NCBI RefSeq assembly: GCF_051903065.1 | Contig: NZ_CP178438.1 | Reading direction: 5' to 3' (one strand) | Source: Escherichia coli | GTDB taxonomy: Bacteria; Pseudomonadota; Gammaproteobacteria; Enterobacterales; Enterobacteriaceae | DNA: 64,000 bases | In this document: positions 10,061 to 19,437 of the stretch, piece by piece | How positions within the stretch are numbered: position 1 is the first letter of the stretch | Layout of the letters: each line of letters begins with the position of its first letter | Made by a program: the position numbers and the translations under genes | Notes under the pieces: model-generated | The model's database searches: none | What the model saw: the letters and a program-made list of their open reading frames with translations, nothing else | What the model was told of the DNA's origin: nothing

Positions 10061-10482
10061 CCTCGCGCATACAGCCGGGCAGTGACGTCATCGTCTGCGC
10101 GGAAATGGACGAACAGTGGGGCTATGTCGGGGCTAAATCGCGCCAGCGCTGGCTGTTTTACGCGTATGACAGGCTCCGGAAGACGGTTGTTGCGCACGTA
10201 TTCGGTGAACGCACTATGGCGACGCTGGGGCGTCTTATGAGCCTGCTGTCACCCTTTGACGTGGTGATATGGATGACGGATGGCTGGCCGCTGTATGAAT
10301 CCCGCCTGAAGGGAAAGCTGCACGTAATCAGCAAGCGATATACGCAGCGAATTGAGCGGCATAACCTGAATCTGAGGCAGCACCTGGCACGGCTGGGACG
10401 GAAGTCGCTGTCGTTCTCAAAATCGGTGGAGCTGCATGACAAAGTCATCGGGCATTATCTGAACATAAAACACTATCAATAA
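9979..10482 (+). CDS. insB: IS1 InsB frame (expressed as InsAB' transposase by -1 frameshift)
   Basis: 167-aa ORF overlapping insA 3' end in the -1 frame. Confidence 0.85.
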
Positions 10483-10497
10483 GTTGGAGTCATTACC

Positions 10498-10506
10498 GAG
10501 CAGGCA
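10498..10506. repeat. Right copy of 9-bp target-site duplication (GAGCAGGCA)
   Basis: Direct repeat of 9721-9729. Confidence 0.85.
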
Positions 10507-10865
10507 ATGGCCACCGTTTATCTAACAGTGGCCATTTGATTTGAGGAAATGATGAAACATTATTCAGAAAATTAATTTAAAAAAACCATTCCTTAAGTCA
10601 AATATATATAAACGCCGAATAGCGATTAAATCCTTCTCAAAGAATGCACTGATAACATTGTGTTATTTTTATTGCCTCATTTTTCTCACTCACTTATAGT
10701 TGGTCCCTGCTGGCAGTAATTTAGTCATTTCAGAGATTTTTACTCTGATGTGCACTTACTGACTTATCTCACAAGTAATTTTTTCTCTAAATAAAGAATA
10801 GTGATGCCAGCAATTACAGTTAAAACTTGCTTTACTCGTAAAAACAATACTTTAATGGGGTTCTA

Positions 10866-11255
10866 ATGAGACATTACATGAAATGGTTTGCGGCTATTGC
10901 TGTTGTGGGTGCTTTAGCGGGTTGCGCGCGTACTGCGCCAATTGATCAGGTTCACTCAACCGTCAGCGCTGGTCATACCCAGGAACAAGTGAAAAAAGCG
11001 ATTCTGAAAGCTGGCGTTGAACGCAAATGGATTATGTCCGAAGCCGGACAAGGCATAATTAAAGCACGTCAACAGTCACGCGATCATTCAGCGGAAATAC
11101 GCATTAACTACACGGCATCCAGCTACGATATCAATTATGAAAATAGCCAGAACCTTCAAGCGTCAGGCGGACAAATTCATAAAAACTACAATCGCTGGGT
11201 CCGCAATCTCGACAAAGATATTCAACTGAATTTGTCAGCGGGCGCAGATTTATAA
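10866..11255 (+). CDS. Putative lipoprotein, first gene of the biosynthetic island
   Basis: 129 aa with signal peptide and lipobox (VGALAGC); preceded by a 360-bp AT-rich leader. Confidence 0.6.
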   Translation: MRHYMKWFAAIAVVGALAGCARTAPIDQVHSTVSAGHTQEQVKKAILKAGVERKWIMSEAGQGIIKARQQSRDHSAEIRINYTASSYDINYENSQNLQASGGQIHKNYNRWVRNLDKDIQLNLSAGADL

Positions 11256-11314
11256 TTCCTCCTAAAGTCGGGCCGTTGCGGTCCGATAATAATTTAATTC
11301 CCTCTTAACAGGTT

Positions 11315-12382
11315 GTGCCCAACATGTACGAACAGGATTCTCTTAGCGCACTGGATGCGATTACCGAAGCTCAACGCATTGCCTTTGCCCCTATGCTTTT
11401 TCAAACAGCACTCTGCCTACGTAATGCGGGTGTACTTTCATATCTGGATCGGCAAGGCAAACATGGCGCAACGCTGGCTGATATCACCGAACATAGCCAT
11501 ATCAACGAATATGCTGCCAGCGTTCTGTTAGATATGGGCTTAAGCGGGCGAATTATTACCTGTAAAGAGGGAATTTATTACCTGGCGAAAATCGGTCATT
11601 ACCTCCTGCATGACACTATGACTCGCGTGAATATGGATTTCACCCAGGATGTCTGTTACCAGGGGCTCTTCTTCCTCGCCGATTCACTCAATGAAGGAAA
11701 ACCTTCCGGGTTAAAAGTATTTGGCGACTGGTCGACGATATATCCGGCACTTTCGCAATTACCAGACGCCGCTCGTGAAAGCTGGTTTGCGTTTGATCAT
11801 TACTATTCAGATGGCGCATTTAACGCCGCACTGCCTTATGTATTCGCCAACAACCCCACAACATTGTACGATGTAGGCGGCAATACGGGTAAGTGGGCTT
11901 TGCGTTGCTGCAAATACAATGAAAACATCGCCGTGACGTTATTAGATCTGCCACAACAAATCGTACTAGCGAAAGAAAATATCGCGAATGCAGGTTTTTC
12001 TGATCGCATAGATTTCCATGCGGTGGATATGCTAAGCGATGCCCCATTACCGGGCGAGGCTGATATCTGGTGGATGAGCCAATTTTTAGACTGTTTTTCA
12101 CCCGAACAAATAATTAGCATACTCAGCAAAATTGCCAGCGTAATGAAGCCTGGCGCAAAAGTTTGCATCATGGAGTTGTTCTGGGATGCGCAGCGGTTTG
12201 AAGCAGCATCGTTTAGCCTGAACGCGTCCTCACTTTATTTTACCTGCATGGCAAACGGTAACAGCCGTTTCTATAGTGCAGAGAAATTTTACGACTATCT
12301 GAATAAAGCAGGATTCCAGGTAGCAGAGCGCCACGATAATTTAGGCGTTGGGCATACACTTTTGATATGCCAAAAGAAATAA
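11315..12382 (+). CDS. Class I SAM-dependent methyltransferase (ApeB-like)
   Basis: 355 aa with glycine-rich SAM motif LYDVGGNTGKWAL; alternative ATG start at 11324. Confidence 0.8.
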   Translation: MPNMYEQDSLSALDAITEAQRIAFAPMLFQTALCLRNAGVLSYLDRQGKHGATLADITEHSHINEYAASVLLDMGLSGRIITCKEGIYYLAKIGHYLLHDTMTRVNMDFTQDVCYQGLFFLADSLNEGKPSGLKVFGDWSTIYPALSQLPDAARESWFAFDHYYSDGAFNAALPYVFANNPTTLYDVGGNTGKWALRCCKYNENIAVTLLDLPQQIVLAKENIANAGFSDRIDFHAVDMLSDAPLPGEADIWWMSQFLDCFSPEQIISILSKIASVMKPGAKVCIMELFWDAQRFEAASFSLNASSLYFTCMANGNSRFYSAEKFYDYLNKAGFQVAERHDNLGVGHTLLICQKK

Positions 12383-12422
12383 TCGTCACTTAATAATTTT
12401 GGTTTACCGCGGGCGCGCGTTG

Positions 12423-13145
12423 ATGAAATTTACATTAAATATTACCGACTGGCAGGCACTGGCGCCTGGACTTAGCGAAGCGCAGCAATGGCAAGCATGG
12501 TCGCGCCAGCCGTGGGCGATTGACCCTGCCGCGCCGTTGGCAAAATTAAGTGAACTGCCAATGATGACCGCCCGCCGCCTCAGTTCAGGCAGCAAACTGG
12601 CTGTTGAATGCGGTCTGGCAATGCTACGCCGCCATCAGCCAGACGCCGTTTTGTATACCAGTCGTCATGGCGAACTGGAGCGCAATTACCGCATTGTTCA
12701 TGCACTGGCAACCGAACAGGCGCTTTCTCCGACCGACTTCGCGCTCTCCGTACACAACTCTTCCGTGGGTAACCTGACCATTGCGGCCAAACAGCCGATC
12801 GTTTCGTCATCGCTTTCGGCTGGTCGCGACACTTTCCAGCAAGGTTTGTGTGAAGTGCTTAGCCTGTTACAAGCGGGATACCAGCGCGTGCTGATGGTCG
12901 ATTTTGACGGTTTCCTGCCCGAGTTTTATCACCCACAACTGCCATCAGAAATGCCGACCTGGCCGTACGCCGTCGCGCTGGTGATTGAAGCTGGCGATGA
13001 GTGGCAATGTGAAACGCAGTCAGCCATTGCGGGCAATGAAACAACACTGCCGCAAAGCATGTTGTTTTTACAGCACTATTTACAAAATGTAGACACATTT
13101 TCACTGCCTGGCGAGCGCGTGCAATGGCGCTGGAGCCACAGATGA
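12423..13145 (+). CDS. Ketosynthase N-terminal-domain-like protein, possible chain-length-factor partner (ApeC-like)
   Basis: About 240 aa, thiolase-like N-terminal half only; lacks the HGTAT and GHTLGA catalytic His motifs present in the two full ketosynthases of the island; start taken at ATG 12423. Confidence 0.6.
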   Translation: MKFTLNITDWQALAPGLSEAQQWQAWSRQPWAIDPAAPLAKLSELPMMTARRLSSGSKLAVECGLAMLRRHQPDAVLYTSRHGELERNYRIVHALATEQALSPTDFALSVHNSSVGNLTIAAKQPIVSSSLSAGRDTFQQGLCEVLSLLQAGYQRVLMVDFDGFLPEFYHPQLPSEMPTWPYAVALVIEAGDEWQCETQSAIAGNETTLPQSMLFLQHYLQNVDTFSLPGERVQWRWSHR

Positions 13146-13963
13146 GTAAGCTGATGTCACGTCTGGAGTGGACCTGGCGACTGGTCATGACCGGGTTATG
13201 TTTTGCCCTGTTTGGTCTCGGCGGCCTGCTGCTTTCTGTCGTGTGGTTTAACATATTGTTAGTTTTGGTGTGGGATACTTCCCGCCGCCGTCGTTTGGCG
13301 CGTCGCAGCATTGCCGCCAGTTTTCGCCTGTTTTTAACTGTCGCGAAAGGGCTTGGCGTGCTGGATTATCGTATTGATGGCGCTGAAATTTTACGTCAGG
13401 AACGCGGTTGCCTCGTCGTAGCCAATCATCCCACGCTGATCGATTACGTGCTGCTGGCGTCAGTCATGCCAGAAACTGACTGCCTGGTGAAAAGCGCACT
13501 GTTAAAAAATCCTTTTCTTGGCGGCGTCGTGCGGGCGGCAGATTATTTAATCAACAGCGAAGCTGAAACCCTGTTACCCCGCTGCCAACAGCGACTGGCA
13601 CAGGGTGACACTATCCTGATTTTCCCCGAAGGCACACGAACGAAGCCCGGTGAAAAAATGACGCTGCAGCGCGGGGCGGCGAATATTGCCGTGCGCTGCG
13701 CCAGCGATTTACGCATCGTGACAATCGGCTGTAGCGAGCATCTGCTGGATAAACAAAGTAAATGGTATGACGTTCCACCTGACCGGCCGTTTTTTACGGT
13801 TGCAGTCCATGGTCGGGTTGAAATCAATAAATTTTACGATGCAACTTCACAAGAACCGGCGCTGGCAGCAAGGCAGTTAAACCGGCATCTTTTGCTTCAA
13901 TTACAACAAGGTTGTTTACCTCTCTCAGGAATAAATAATGCAAGCGCTTTATCTGGAAATTAA
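13142..13963 (+). CDS. Lysophospholipid (PlsC-type) acyltransferase (ApeD-like)
   Basis: HX4D motif (NHPTLID) and FPEGTRT motif; N-terminal TM helix; ATG overlaps upstream stop (ATGA). Confidence 0.8.
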   Translation: MSKLMSRLEWTWRLVMTGLCFALFGLGGLLLSVVWFNILLVLVWDTSRRRRLARRSIAASFRLFLTVAKGLGVLDYRIDGAEILRQERGCLVVANHPTLIDYVLLASVMPETDCLVKSALLKNPFLGGVVRAADYLINSEAETLLPRCQQRLAQGDTILIFPEGTRTKPGEKMTLQRGAANIAVRCASDLRIVTIGCSEHLLDKQSKWYDVPPDRPFFTVAVHGRVEINKFYDATSQEPALAARQLNRHLLLQLQQGCLPLSGINNASALSGN

Positions 13964-14195
13964 AAACCTCATCATCAGCACCCTCAATCTGGACGAGTTG
14001 ACGCCTGATGATATCGATACCGACGCGCCGCTGTTTGGCGACGGTTTAGGGCTGGACTCTATCGATGCCCTGGAACTGGGACTGGCAGTAAAAAATGAGT
14101 ACGGCATCGTGCTCTCTGCGGAAAGCGAAGAGATGCGTCAGCACTTTTTCTCCGTCGCCACTCTGGCCTCTTTCATTGCTGCGCAACGTGCCTGA
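13938..14195 (+). CDS. Acyl carrier protein 1
   Basis: 85 aa with phosphopantetheine-attachment motif LGLDSIDALEL. Confidence 0.8.
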   Translation: MQALYLEIKNLIISTLNLDELTPDDIDTDAPLFGDGLGLDSIDALELGLAVKNEYGIVLSAESEEMRQHFFSVATLASFIAAQRA

Positions 14196-14206
14196 GGAAA
14201 GCCATC

Positions 14207-14458
14207 ATGACAGAACAACAAACCGTCTATCAGGAAGTCTCAGCCCTGCTGGTTAAGCTGTTTGAAATCGATCCGCAGGACATCAAACCTGAAGCGCGCC
14301 TGTACGAAGATCTGGAACTGGACAGCATCGACGCCGTTGACATGATTGTGCACCTGCAAAAGAAAACCGGTAAGAAAATCAAGCCGGAAGAGTTTAAAGC
14401 AGTGCGTACAGTCCAGGATGTCGTCGAGGCTGTAGAACGCCTGCTACAAGAAGCCTGA
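14207..14458 (+). CDS. Acyl carrier protein 2
   Basis: 83 aa with LELDSIDAVDM; GAGGAAAG Shine-Dalgarno. Confidence 0.85.
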   Translation: MTEQQTVYQEVSALLVKLFEIDPQDIKPEARLYEDLELDSIDAVDMIVHLQKKTGKKIKPEEFKAVRTVQDVVEAVERLLQEA

Positions 14459-14462
14459 TCTG

Positions 14463-15044
14463 ATGTCGGGCATTCGCTCGCTACCGATGATTAAGCTGCT
14501 GACTGGATTATTGCTGCTCGCCTGGCCGTTTGTGATTTGGTTTGGCTTAGCGCATAACGGCCTGCACTGGCTGTTACCGCTAATGGCGTTGCTGCTTTTG
14601 TTGCGTCTGCGCCAGACCCGTCGCCAGGCGGGGCCTTTACAAGCCGTCACGCAACTCGTCGCTGTCGTGGGCATCGCATTATGTGTCGCCAGCTTTATGT
14701 TGAAAACGCACCAGCTACTGCTGTTTTACCCGGTAGTGGTTAACGCGGTCATGCTGGCGGTTTTTGGCGGTTCGCTGTGGTCGGCAATGCCGATAGTTGA
14801 GCGGCTGGCGCGGTTGCAGGAGCCAGACCTCCCGGAAAAGGGCGTGCGCTATACCCGCCACGTCACGCAAATCTGGTGCGGCTTTTTCATCATTAACGGT
14901 GGAATTGCCCTCTTTACCGCGCTTTATGCCGATATGTCGTTATGGACCGCCTGGAACGGCATGATTGCTTATTTGTTGATGGGGACGTTAATGGCTGGTG
15001 AATGGCTGGTGCGCCGCCAGGTTATGAAAAGAGATCGCGCATGA
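14463..15044 (+). CDS. Integral membrane protein (ApeG-like)
   Basis: 193 aa, several predicted TM helices. Confidence 0.7.
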   Translation: MSGIRSLPMIKLLTGLLLLAWPFVIWFGLAHNGLHWLLPLMALLLLLRLRQTRRQAGPLQAVTQLVAVVGIALCVASFMLKTHQLLLFYPVVVNAVMLAVFGGSLWSAMPIVERLARLQEPDLPEKGVRYTRHVTQIWCGFFIINGGIALFTALYADMSLWTAWNGMIAYLLMGTLMAGEWLVRRQVMKRDRA

Positions 15045-16402
15045 AGCAGACCTTACCGCTTGCACGCTGGCTGACTGCGCCACGCCCTGATGACACACCC
15101 ATTGCGTGGCTGAACGAAAGTACCTGGACGCTGGGCGATTTGCGTCACGATGTCGCGCAACTTATCTGCCGCTTGCAGCAACAGCCGGGTGAACGCTGGG
15201 CGCTGTGCTTTGAGAACAGCTATCTGTTTATCGTTGCCCTGCTCGCCACGCTACACGCCGGAAAAACGCCGGTGCTTCCGGGGCATAACCGTGTTATCCA
15301 GCTTAACGAGCAACGTGAACTTTTTGATGGTGTGCTTAGCGACAGCGAACTTAACTGGCAAGGTTCATTGCTGTTGGTAGCAAGTTCCCCACAAGTCGCG
15401 ACACAATCCTTCACCTTTGCCGCTATAGCGCCAGAGGCTTATATCGAGCTGTTTACCTCCGGTTCCACGGGACAGCCGAAACGGGTGATTAAACCTGTTC
15501 ATTTGCTGGACCGTGAAGCAGAACTGCTGGCTGAACGATTAGGCGCACGTCTGGCGGATTGTCGTGTCATCGGTTCCGTATTGCCGCAGCATTTGTACGG
15601 CCTGACTTTTCGCGTTTTCCTGCCCATGGCGCTGGGATTACCCCTACATGCCGCCATGCTCTGGTATGTCGAACAGTTTGCCGCGTTGAGTCATCAGCAT
15701 CGCTATATCTTCATCAGCAGCCCGGCATTTTTGAAGCGTCTGGATACACAGCTTTCCCCACCGCCCGTTCAGGTGCTTCTCTCTGCTGGCGGTGAGCTAC
15801 CGTGGCAGGATGTACAACACACCGCGAGCTGGCTGCGCGTCTGGCCTGATGAAATCTACGGCAGCACGGAAACCGGCGTCATCGCCTGGCGCTACCGCGA
15901 ACAAGAGCAACGCCGCTGGCTACCCCTCCCAGGTATGCAGTTCCAGGCCGAAGGCGATGCCTTTCGCCTCTTTTCACCGCTGATAGCGGAAGATAACGGC
16001 CTGTTACTCGACGATATCTTACAGTTTAGCGAAGATGGTCAGTTCCATCTGATGGGGCGTCGTGGGCGCATCGTTAAGATTGAAGAAAAACGTATTTCAC
16101 TCCAGGAAGTAGAACAACGTCTACTGGCGCTGGACGGCATTCGCGAGGCGGCGGCAGTTCCCGTTACGCGCGGCGGGCGTCAGAGCATAGGCGTTTTGCT
16201 GGTGCTGGATGACGAAGCTCATCTGCAATGGCAGAACGGCGGCGGGCATAGCCAGGAAATGACCTGGCGGCGTTTACTGCGCCCGACGCTGGAGCCAGTT
16301 GCTATTCCGCGTTACTGGCGCGTTATTGATGAAATGCCAGTAAACAGTATGAACAAGCGTGTCTATGCGCAATTACAGGAGTTATTTCATGAAGCCCCAT
16401 GA
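15041..16402 (+). CDS. AMP-dependent acyl/aryl-CoA or -ACP ligase (adenylation enzyme, ApeH-like)
   Basis: AMP-binding motif FTSGSTGQPKRV; ATG overlaps upstream stop. Confidence 0.85.
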   Translation: MKQTLPLARWLTAPRPDDTPIAWLNESTWTLGDLRHDVAQLICRLQQQPGERWALCFENSYLFIVALLATLHAGKTPVLPGHNRVIQLNEQRELFDGVLSDSELNWQGSLLLVASSPQVATQSFTFAAIAPEAYIELFTSGSTGQPKRVIKPVHLLDREAELLAERLGARLADCRVIGSVLPQHLYGLTFRVFLPMALGLPLHAAMLWYVEQFAALSHQHRYIFISSPAFLKRLDTQLSPPPVQVLLSAGGELPWQDVQHTASWLRVWPDEIYGSTETGVIAWRYREQEQRRWLPLPGMQFQAEGDAFRLFSPLIAEDNGLLLDDILQFSEDGQFHLMGRRGRIVKIEEKRISLQEVEQRLLALDGIREAAAVPVTRGGRQSIGVLLVLDDEAHLQWQNGGGHSQEMTWRRLLRPTLEPVAIPRYWRVIDEMPVNSMNKRVYAQLQELFHEAP

Positions 16403-16742
16403 AATCGAGCGCCATCAGGCACAAACGAATCACCTTGAAATTGTTCTGCATCTCAGGGCGGATCTGTTCTGGTTTCGCGGTCATTTTGCCGTGCAACCAT
16501 TACTCCCAGGAGTTGCGCAAATCGATTGGGCGATGAGCTACGCGCTCAATCTGCTCGCGCCTGGCTGGCGTTTTCACTCCATTCAGAACATAAAATTCCA
16601 GTCTCCGTTGCTGCCGGAAAACCGCGTCACGCTCGCGCTTAACTGGCAGGAAGAACGCCAGATTCTGAGCTTTAGCTATCAGCGTCACGACGGTGACGCC
16701 CGCCACACCGCCAGTAGCGGGAAGATACGCCTATGTCGGTAA
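16389..16742 (+). CDS. Hotdog-fold dehydratase (FabA/FabZ-like)
   Basis: FRGHFAVQPLLPG catalytic-His motif. Confidence 0.75.
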   Translation: MKPHEIERHQAQTNHLEIVLHLRADLFWFRGHFAVQPLLPGVAQIDWAMSYALNLLAPGWRFHSIQNIKFQSPLLPENRVTLALNWQEERQILSFSYQRHDGDARHTASSGKIRLCR

Positions 16743-18409
16743 ACTTTTCTCCCTGCGTGTTGATCCCCTGCTACAACCACGGCGCGATGATGCCGGGCGT
16801 GCTGGCGCGTCTTAAGCCATTTAATCTGCCCTGTATTGTGGTGGACGACGGCAGCGATGCCGCCACGCAACAGCAACTGGACAGTCTGCTTGCCGAACAG
16901 CCTGGCGTGACCTTAATCCGCCTGGCAGAAAACGCAGGCAAAGGCGCGGCAGTGATGCGTGGCTTACAGGCAGCGGCAGACGCAGGGTTCAGCCATGCGG
17001 TGCAGGTGGATGCTGACGGTCAACATGCGATTGAAGATATCCCCAAACTGCTGGCACTCGCTGAACAACACCCTGCGGCGCTGATCTCCGGCCAGCCAAT
17101 TTACGATGACTCCATCCCCCGCTCACGGCTTTACGGGCGCTGGGTCACCCACGTCTGGGTATGGATCGAAACGCTCTCCCTGCAACTGAAAGACAGCATG
17201 TGCGGCTTTCGCGTTTATCCGGTTGCGCCAACGCTGCAACTGGCAAAACACGCCACCATCGGCAAGCGGATGGATTTCGACACTGAAGTGATGGTGCGCC
17301 TCTACTGGCAGGGAAACACCAGCTATTTCGTGCCGACCCGCGTCACCTATCCACTGGACGGGCTTTCGCATTTTGATGCCCTGAAAGATAACGTCCGCAT
17401 CTCGCTCATGCACACGCGTCTGTTTTTCGGCATGTTGCCGCGTATTCCTTCACTACTGATGCGCCGCTCTTCCAGCCACTGGGCGCGGCAGAGTGAAGTG
17501 AAAGGATTATGGGGAATGCGCCTGATGCTGCTGGTCTGGCGTCTGCTGGGAAGAACGGCGTTTAGCGCGCTGCTTTACCCGGTGGTGGGCGTCTACTGGC
17601 TCACTGCTGCTCGTGCGCGCAAAGCGTCGCAAGACTGGCTCGCCCGTGTACGACAGCATCAACCACAGGCGGCAAAACTCAACAGCTATCAGCACTTTCT
17701 ACGTTTCGGTAATGCCATGCTCGACAAAATCGCCAGCTGGCGCGGCGAGCTACAACTGGGGCACGATGTGCTGTTTGCGCCAGGCGCAGAAGCGGCGCTT
17801 GACGTCAGCGATCCGCGCGGCAAATTGCTGCTGGCCTCGCATCTTGGCGATGTGGAAGTGTGCCGGGCGCTGGCAAAAATTCAGGGCTACAAAACCATTA
17901 ACGCGCTGGTGTTTAGCGAAAACGCCCAACGCTTTAAACAGATAATGCAGGAGATGGCTCCTCAGGCAGGTATTAACCTGATGCCGGTAACAGATATCGG
18001 CCCGGAAACCGCCATCCTGCTGAAAGAGAAGCTGGATAACGGCGAATGGGTGGCGATTGTCGGTGACCGCATCGCCGTCACCCCGCAACGCGGCGGCGAC
18101 TGGCGCGTCTGCTGGAGTCCGTTTATGGGCCAGCCTGCGCCCTTCCCACAGGGGCCGTTTATTCTCGCGTCTATTTTGCGCTGCCCGGTGAATCTGATTT
18201 TCGCCCTGCGCCAGCGCGGCAAGCTGCATATTCACTGCGAAACCTTTGCCGACCCGCTGCTGTTGCCGCGTGGCGAACGCCAACAGGCGCTGCAAAACGC
18301 TATCGACCACTACGCCGCGCGTCTGGAACATTACGCGCTCCAGTCGCCCCTCGACTGGTTTAATTTTTTCGATTTCTGGCAACTGCCGGAAATTCAGGAC
18401 AAGGAGTAA
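16733..18409 (+). CDS. Two-domain glycosyltransferase family 2 / LpxL-type lipid acyltransferase fusion (ApeJ-like)
   Basis: N-terminus VVDDGSDAATQ and VDADGQH (GT2 DXD); C-terminal half resembles lauroyl/myristoyl acyltransferases. Confidence 0.8.
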   Translation: MSVNFSPCVLIPCYNHGAMMPGVLARLKPFNLPCIVVDDGSDAATQQQLDSLLAEQPGVTLIRLAENAGKGAAVMRGLQAAADAGFSHAVQVDADGQHAIEDIPKLLALAEQHPAALISGQPIYDDSIPRSRLYGRWVTHVWVWIETLSLQLKDSMCGFRVYPVAPTLQLAKHATIGKRMDFDTEVMVRLYWQGNTSYFVPTRVTYPLDGLSHFDALKDNVRISLMHTRLFFGMLPRIPSLLMRRSSSHWARQSEVKGLWGMRLMLLVWRLLGRTAFSALLYPVVGVYWLTAARARKASQDWLARVRQHQPQAAKLNSYQHFLRFGNAMLDKIASWRGELQLGHDVLFAPGAEAALDVSDPRGKLLLASHLGDVEVCRALAKIQGYKTINALVFSENAQRFKQIMQEMAPQAGINLMPVTDIGPETAILLKEKLDNGEWVAIVGDRIAVTPQRGGDWRVCWSPFMGQPAPFPQGPFILASILRCPVNLIFALRQRGKLHIHCETFADPLLLPRGERQQALQNAIDHYAARLEHYALQSPLDWFNFFDFWQLPEIQDKE

Positions 18410-18412
18410 AGG

Positions 18413-18835
18413 GTGCTTAACGATCCCCGATTTACCGCTGAAGTCGAGCTGACCATTCCCTTTCACGACGTCGATATGATGGGCGTGGCCTGGCACGGTA
18501 ACTATTTTCGCTACTTTGAAGTGGCCCGCGAGGCGCTGCTCAACCAGTTCAATTACGGCTATCGGCAGATGAAAGAGTCCGGTTATTTGTGGCCAGTGGT
18601 CGATGCGCGGGTGAAATATCGCCACGCTCTCACCTTTGAGCAACGCATCCGCGTGCGTGCGCATATCGAAGAGTTCGAAAACCGTCTGCGGATTGGCTAT
18701 CAGATTTTCGATGCCGAAACGGGCAAACGCGCCACCACCGGATACACCATTCAGGTCGCGGTCGACGAGCAAAGCCGCGAACTGTGCTTTGTCAGCCCCG
18801 ATATTCTGTTTGAACGCATGGGAGTCAAACCATGA
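18413..18835 (+). CDS. 4HBT/YbgC-type acyl thioesterase
   Basis: GTG start 7 nt after AAGGAG; HDVDMMGVAWHGNYFRYFE hotdog thioesterase signature. Confidence 0.8.
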   Translation: MLNDPRFTAEVELTIPFHDVDMMGVAWHGNYFRYFEVAREALLNQFNYGYRQMKESGYLWPVVDARVKYRHALTFEQRIRVRAHIEEFENRLRIGYQIFDAETGKRATTGYTIQVAVDEQSRELCFVSPDILFERMGVKP

Positions 18836-19437
18836 AATTTTTACCGCTGCTGGCGCTGCTGATTAGCCCGTTTGTGAGCGCCCTGACCCTGGACGATCTT
18901 CAACAACGTTTTACCGAACAGCCGGTGATCCGCGCCCATTTCGATCAAACCCGGACGATTAAAGATCTGCCGCAGCCGCTGCGATCTCAGGGCCAGATGT
19001 TGATCGCCCGCGACCAGGGGTTATTGTGGGATCAAACCTCACCGTTCCCCATGCAACTATTACTGGACGATAAACGCATGGTGCAGGTGATCAACGGTCA
19101 GCCGCCGCAAATCATCACGGCAGAAAATAACCCGCAGATGTTCCAGTTTAACCACCTGCTGCGCGCGCTGTTCCAGGCCGATCGCAAAGTGCTGGAACAA
19201 AACTTCCGCGTCGAATTTGCCGACAAAGGCGAAGGCCGCTGGACGCTGCGCCTGATGCCGACCACCACGCCACTGGATAAAATTTTCAACACCATCGATC
19301 TCGCCGGGCAAACCTATCTGGAGAGCATTCAGCTTAATGATAAACAGGGCGATCGCACCGATATTGCTCTTACCCAACATCAACTGACACCAGCGCAACT
19401 GACCGATGACGAACGCCAACGTTTTGCCGCCCAGTAA
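18832..19437 (+). CDS. LolA-like outer-membrane lipoprotein carrier protein
   Basis: 201 aa with signal peptide; size and position between thioesterase and MMPL transporter as in APE clusters. Confidence 0.7.
   Translation: MKFLPLLALLISPFVSALTLDDLQQRFTEQPVIRAHFDQTRTIKDLPQPLRSQGQMLIARDQGLLWDQTSPFPMQLLLDDKRMVQVINGQPPQIITAENNPQMFQFNHLLRALFQADRKVLEQNFRVEFADKGEGRWTLRLMPTTTPLDKIFNTIDLAGQTYLESIQLNDKQGDRTDIALTQHQLTPAQLTDDERQRFAAQ

Larger units (their letters stand above)
9730..10497 (+). mobile_element. IS1 insertion sequence (768 bp, complete)
   Basis: Terminal inverted repeats GGTGATGCTGCCAACTTACTGAT...ATCAATAAGTTGGAGTCATTACC; insA and insB frames with A6C frameshift motif TTAAAAAACTC. Confidence 0.95.

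Noticed and set aside
13124-13141. Upstream ATG at 13124 as the acyltransferase start
   Set aside because: ATG at 13142 gives the common ATGA stop/start overlap with the preceding gene; both are possible, but the shorter one was preferred
17750-18772. Long antisense ORFs inside well-supported genes (e.g. 17750-18772, 53066-54208, 48385-49200, 50252-51163, 29876-30640, 55561-56145, 4214-4696, 33239-33682)
   Set aside because: They lie opposite genes with clear motifs (GT2/LpxL fusion, gor, dtpB, prlC, nikD, arsB, zntA, yhhJ), have no recognisable motifs and look like shadow ORFs in GC-rich coding sequence
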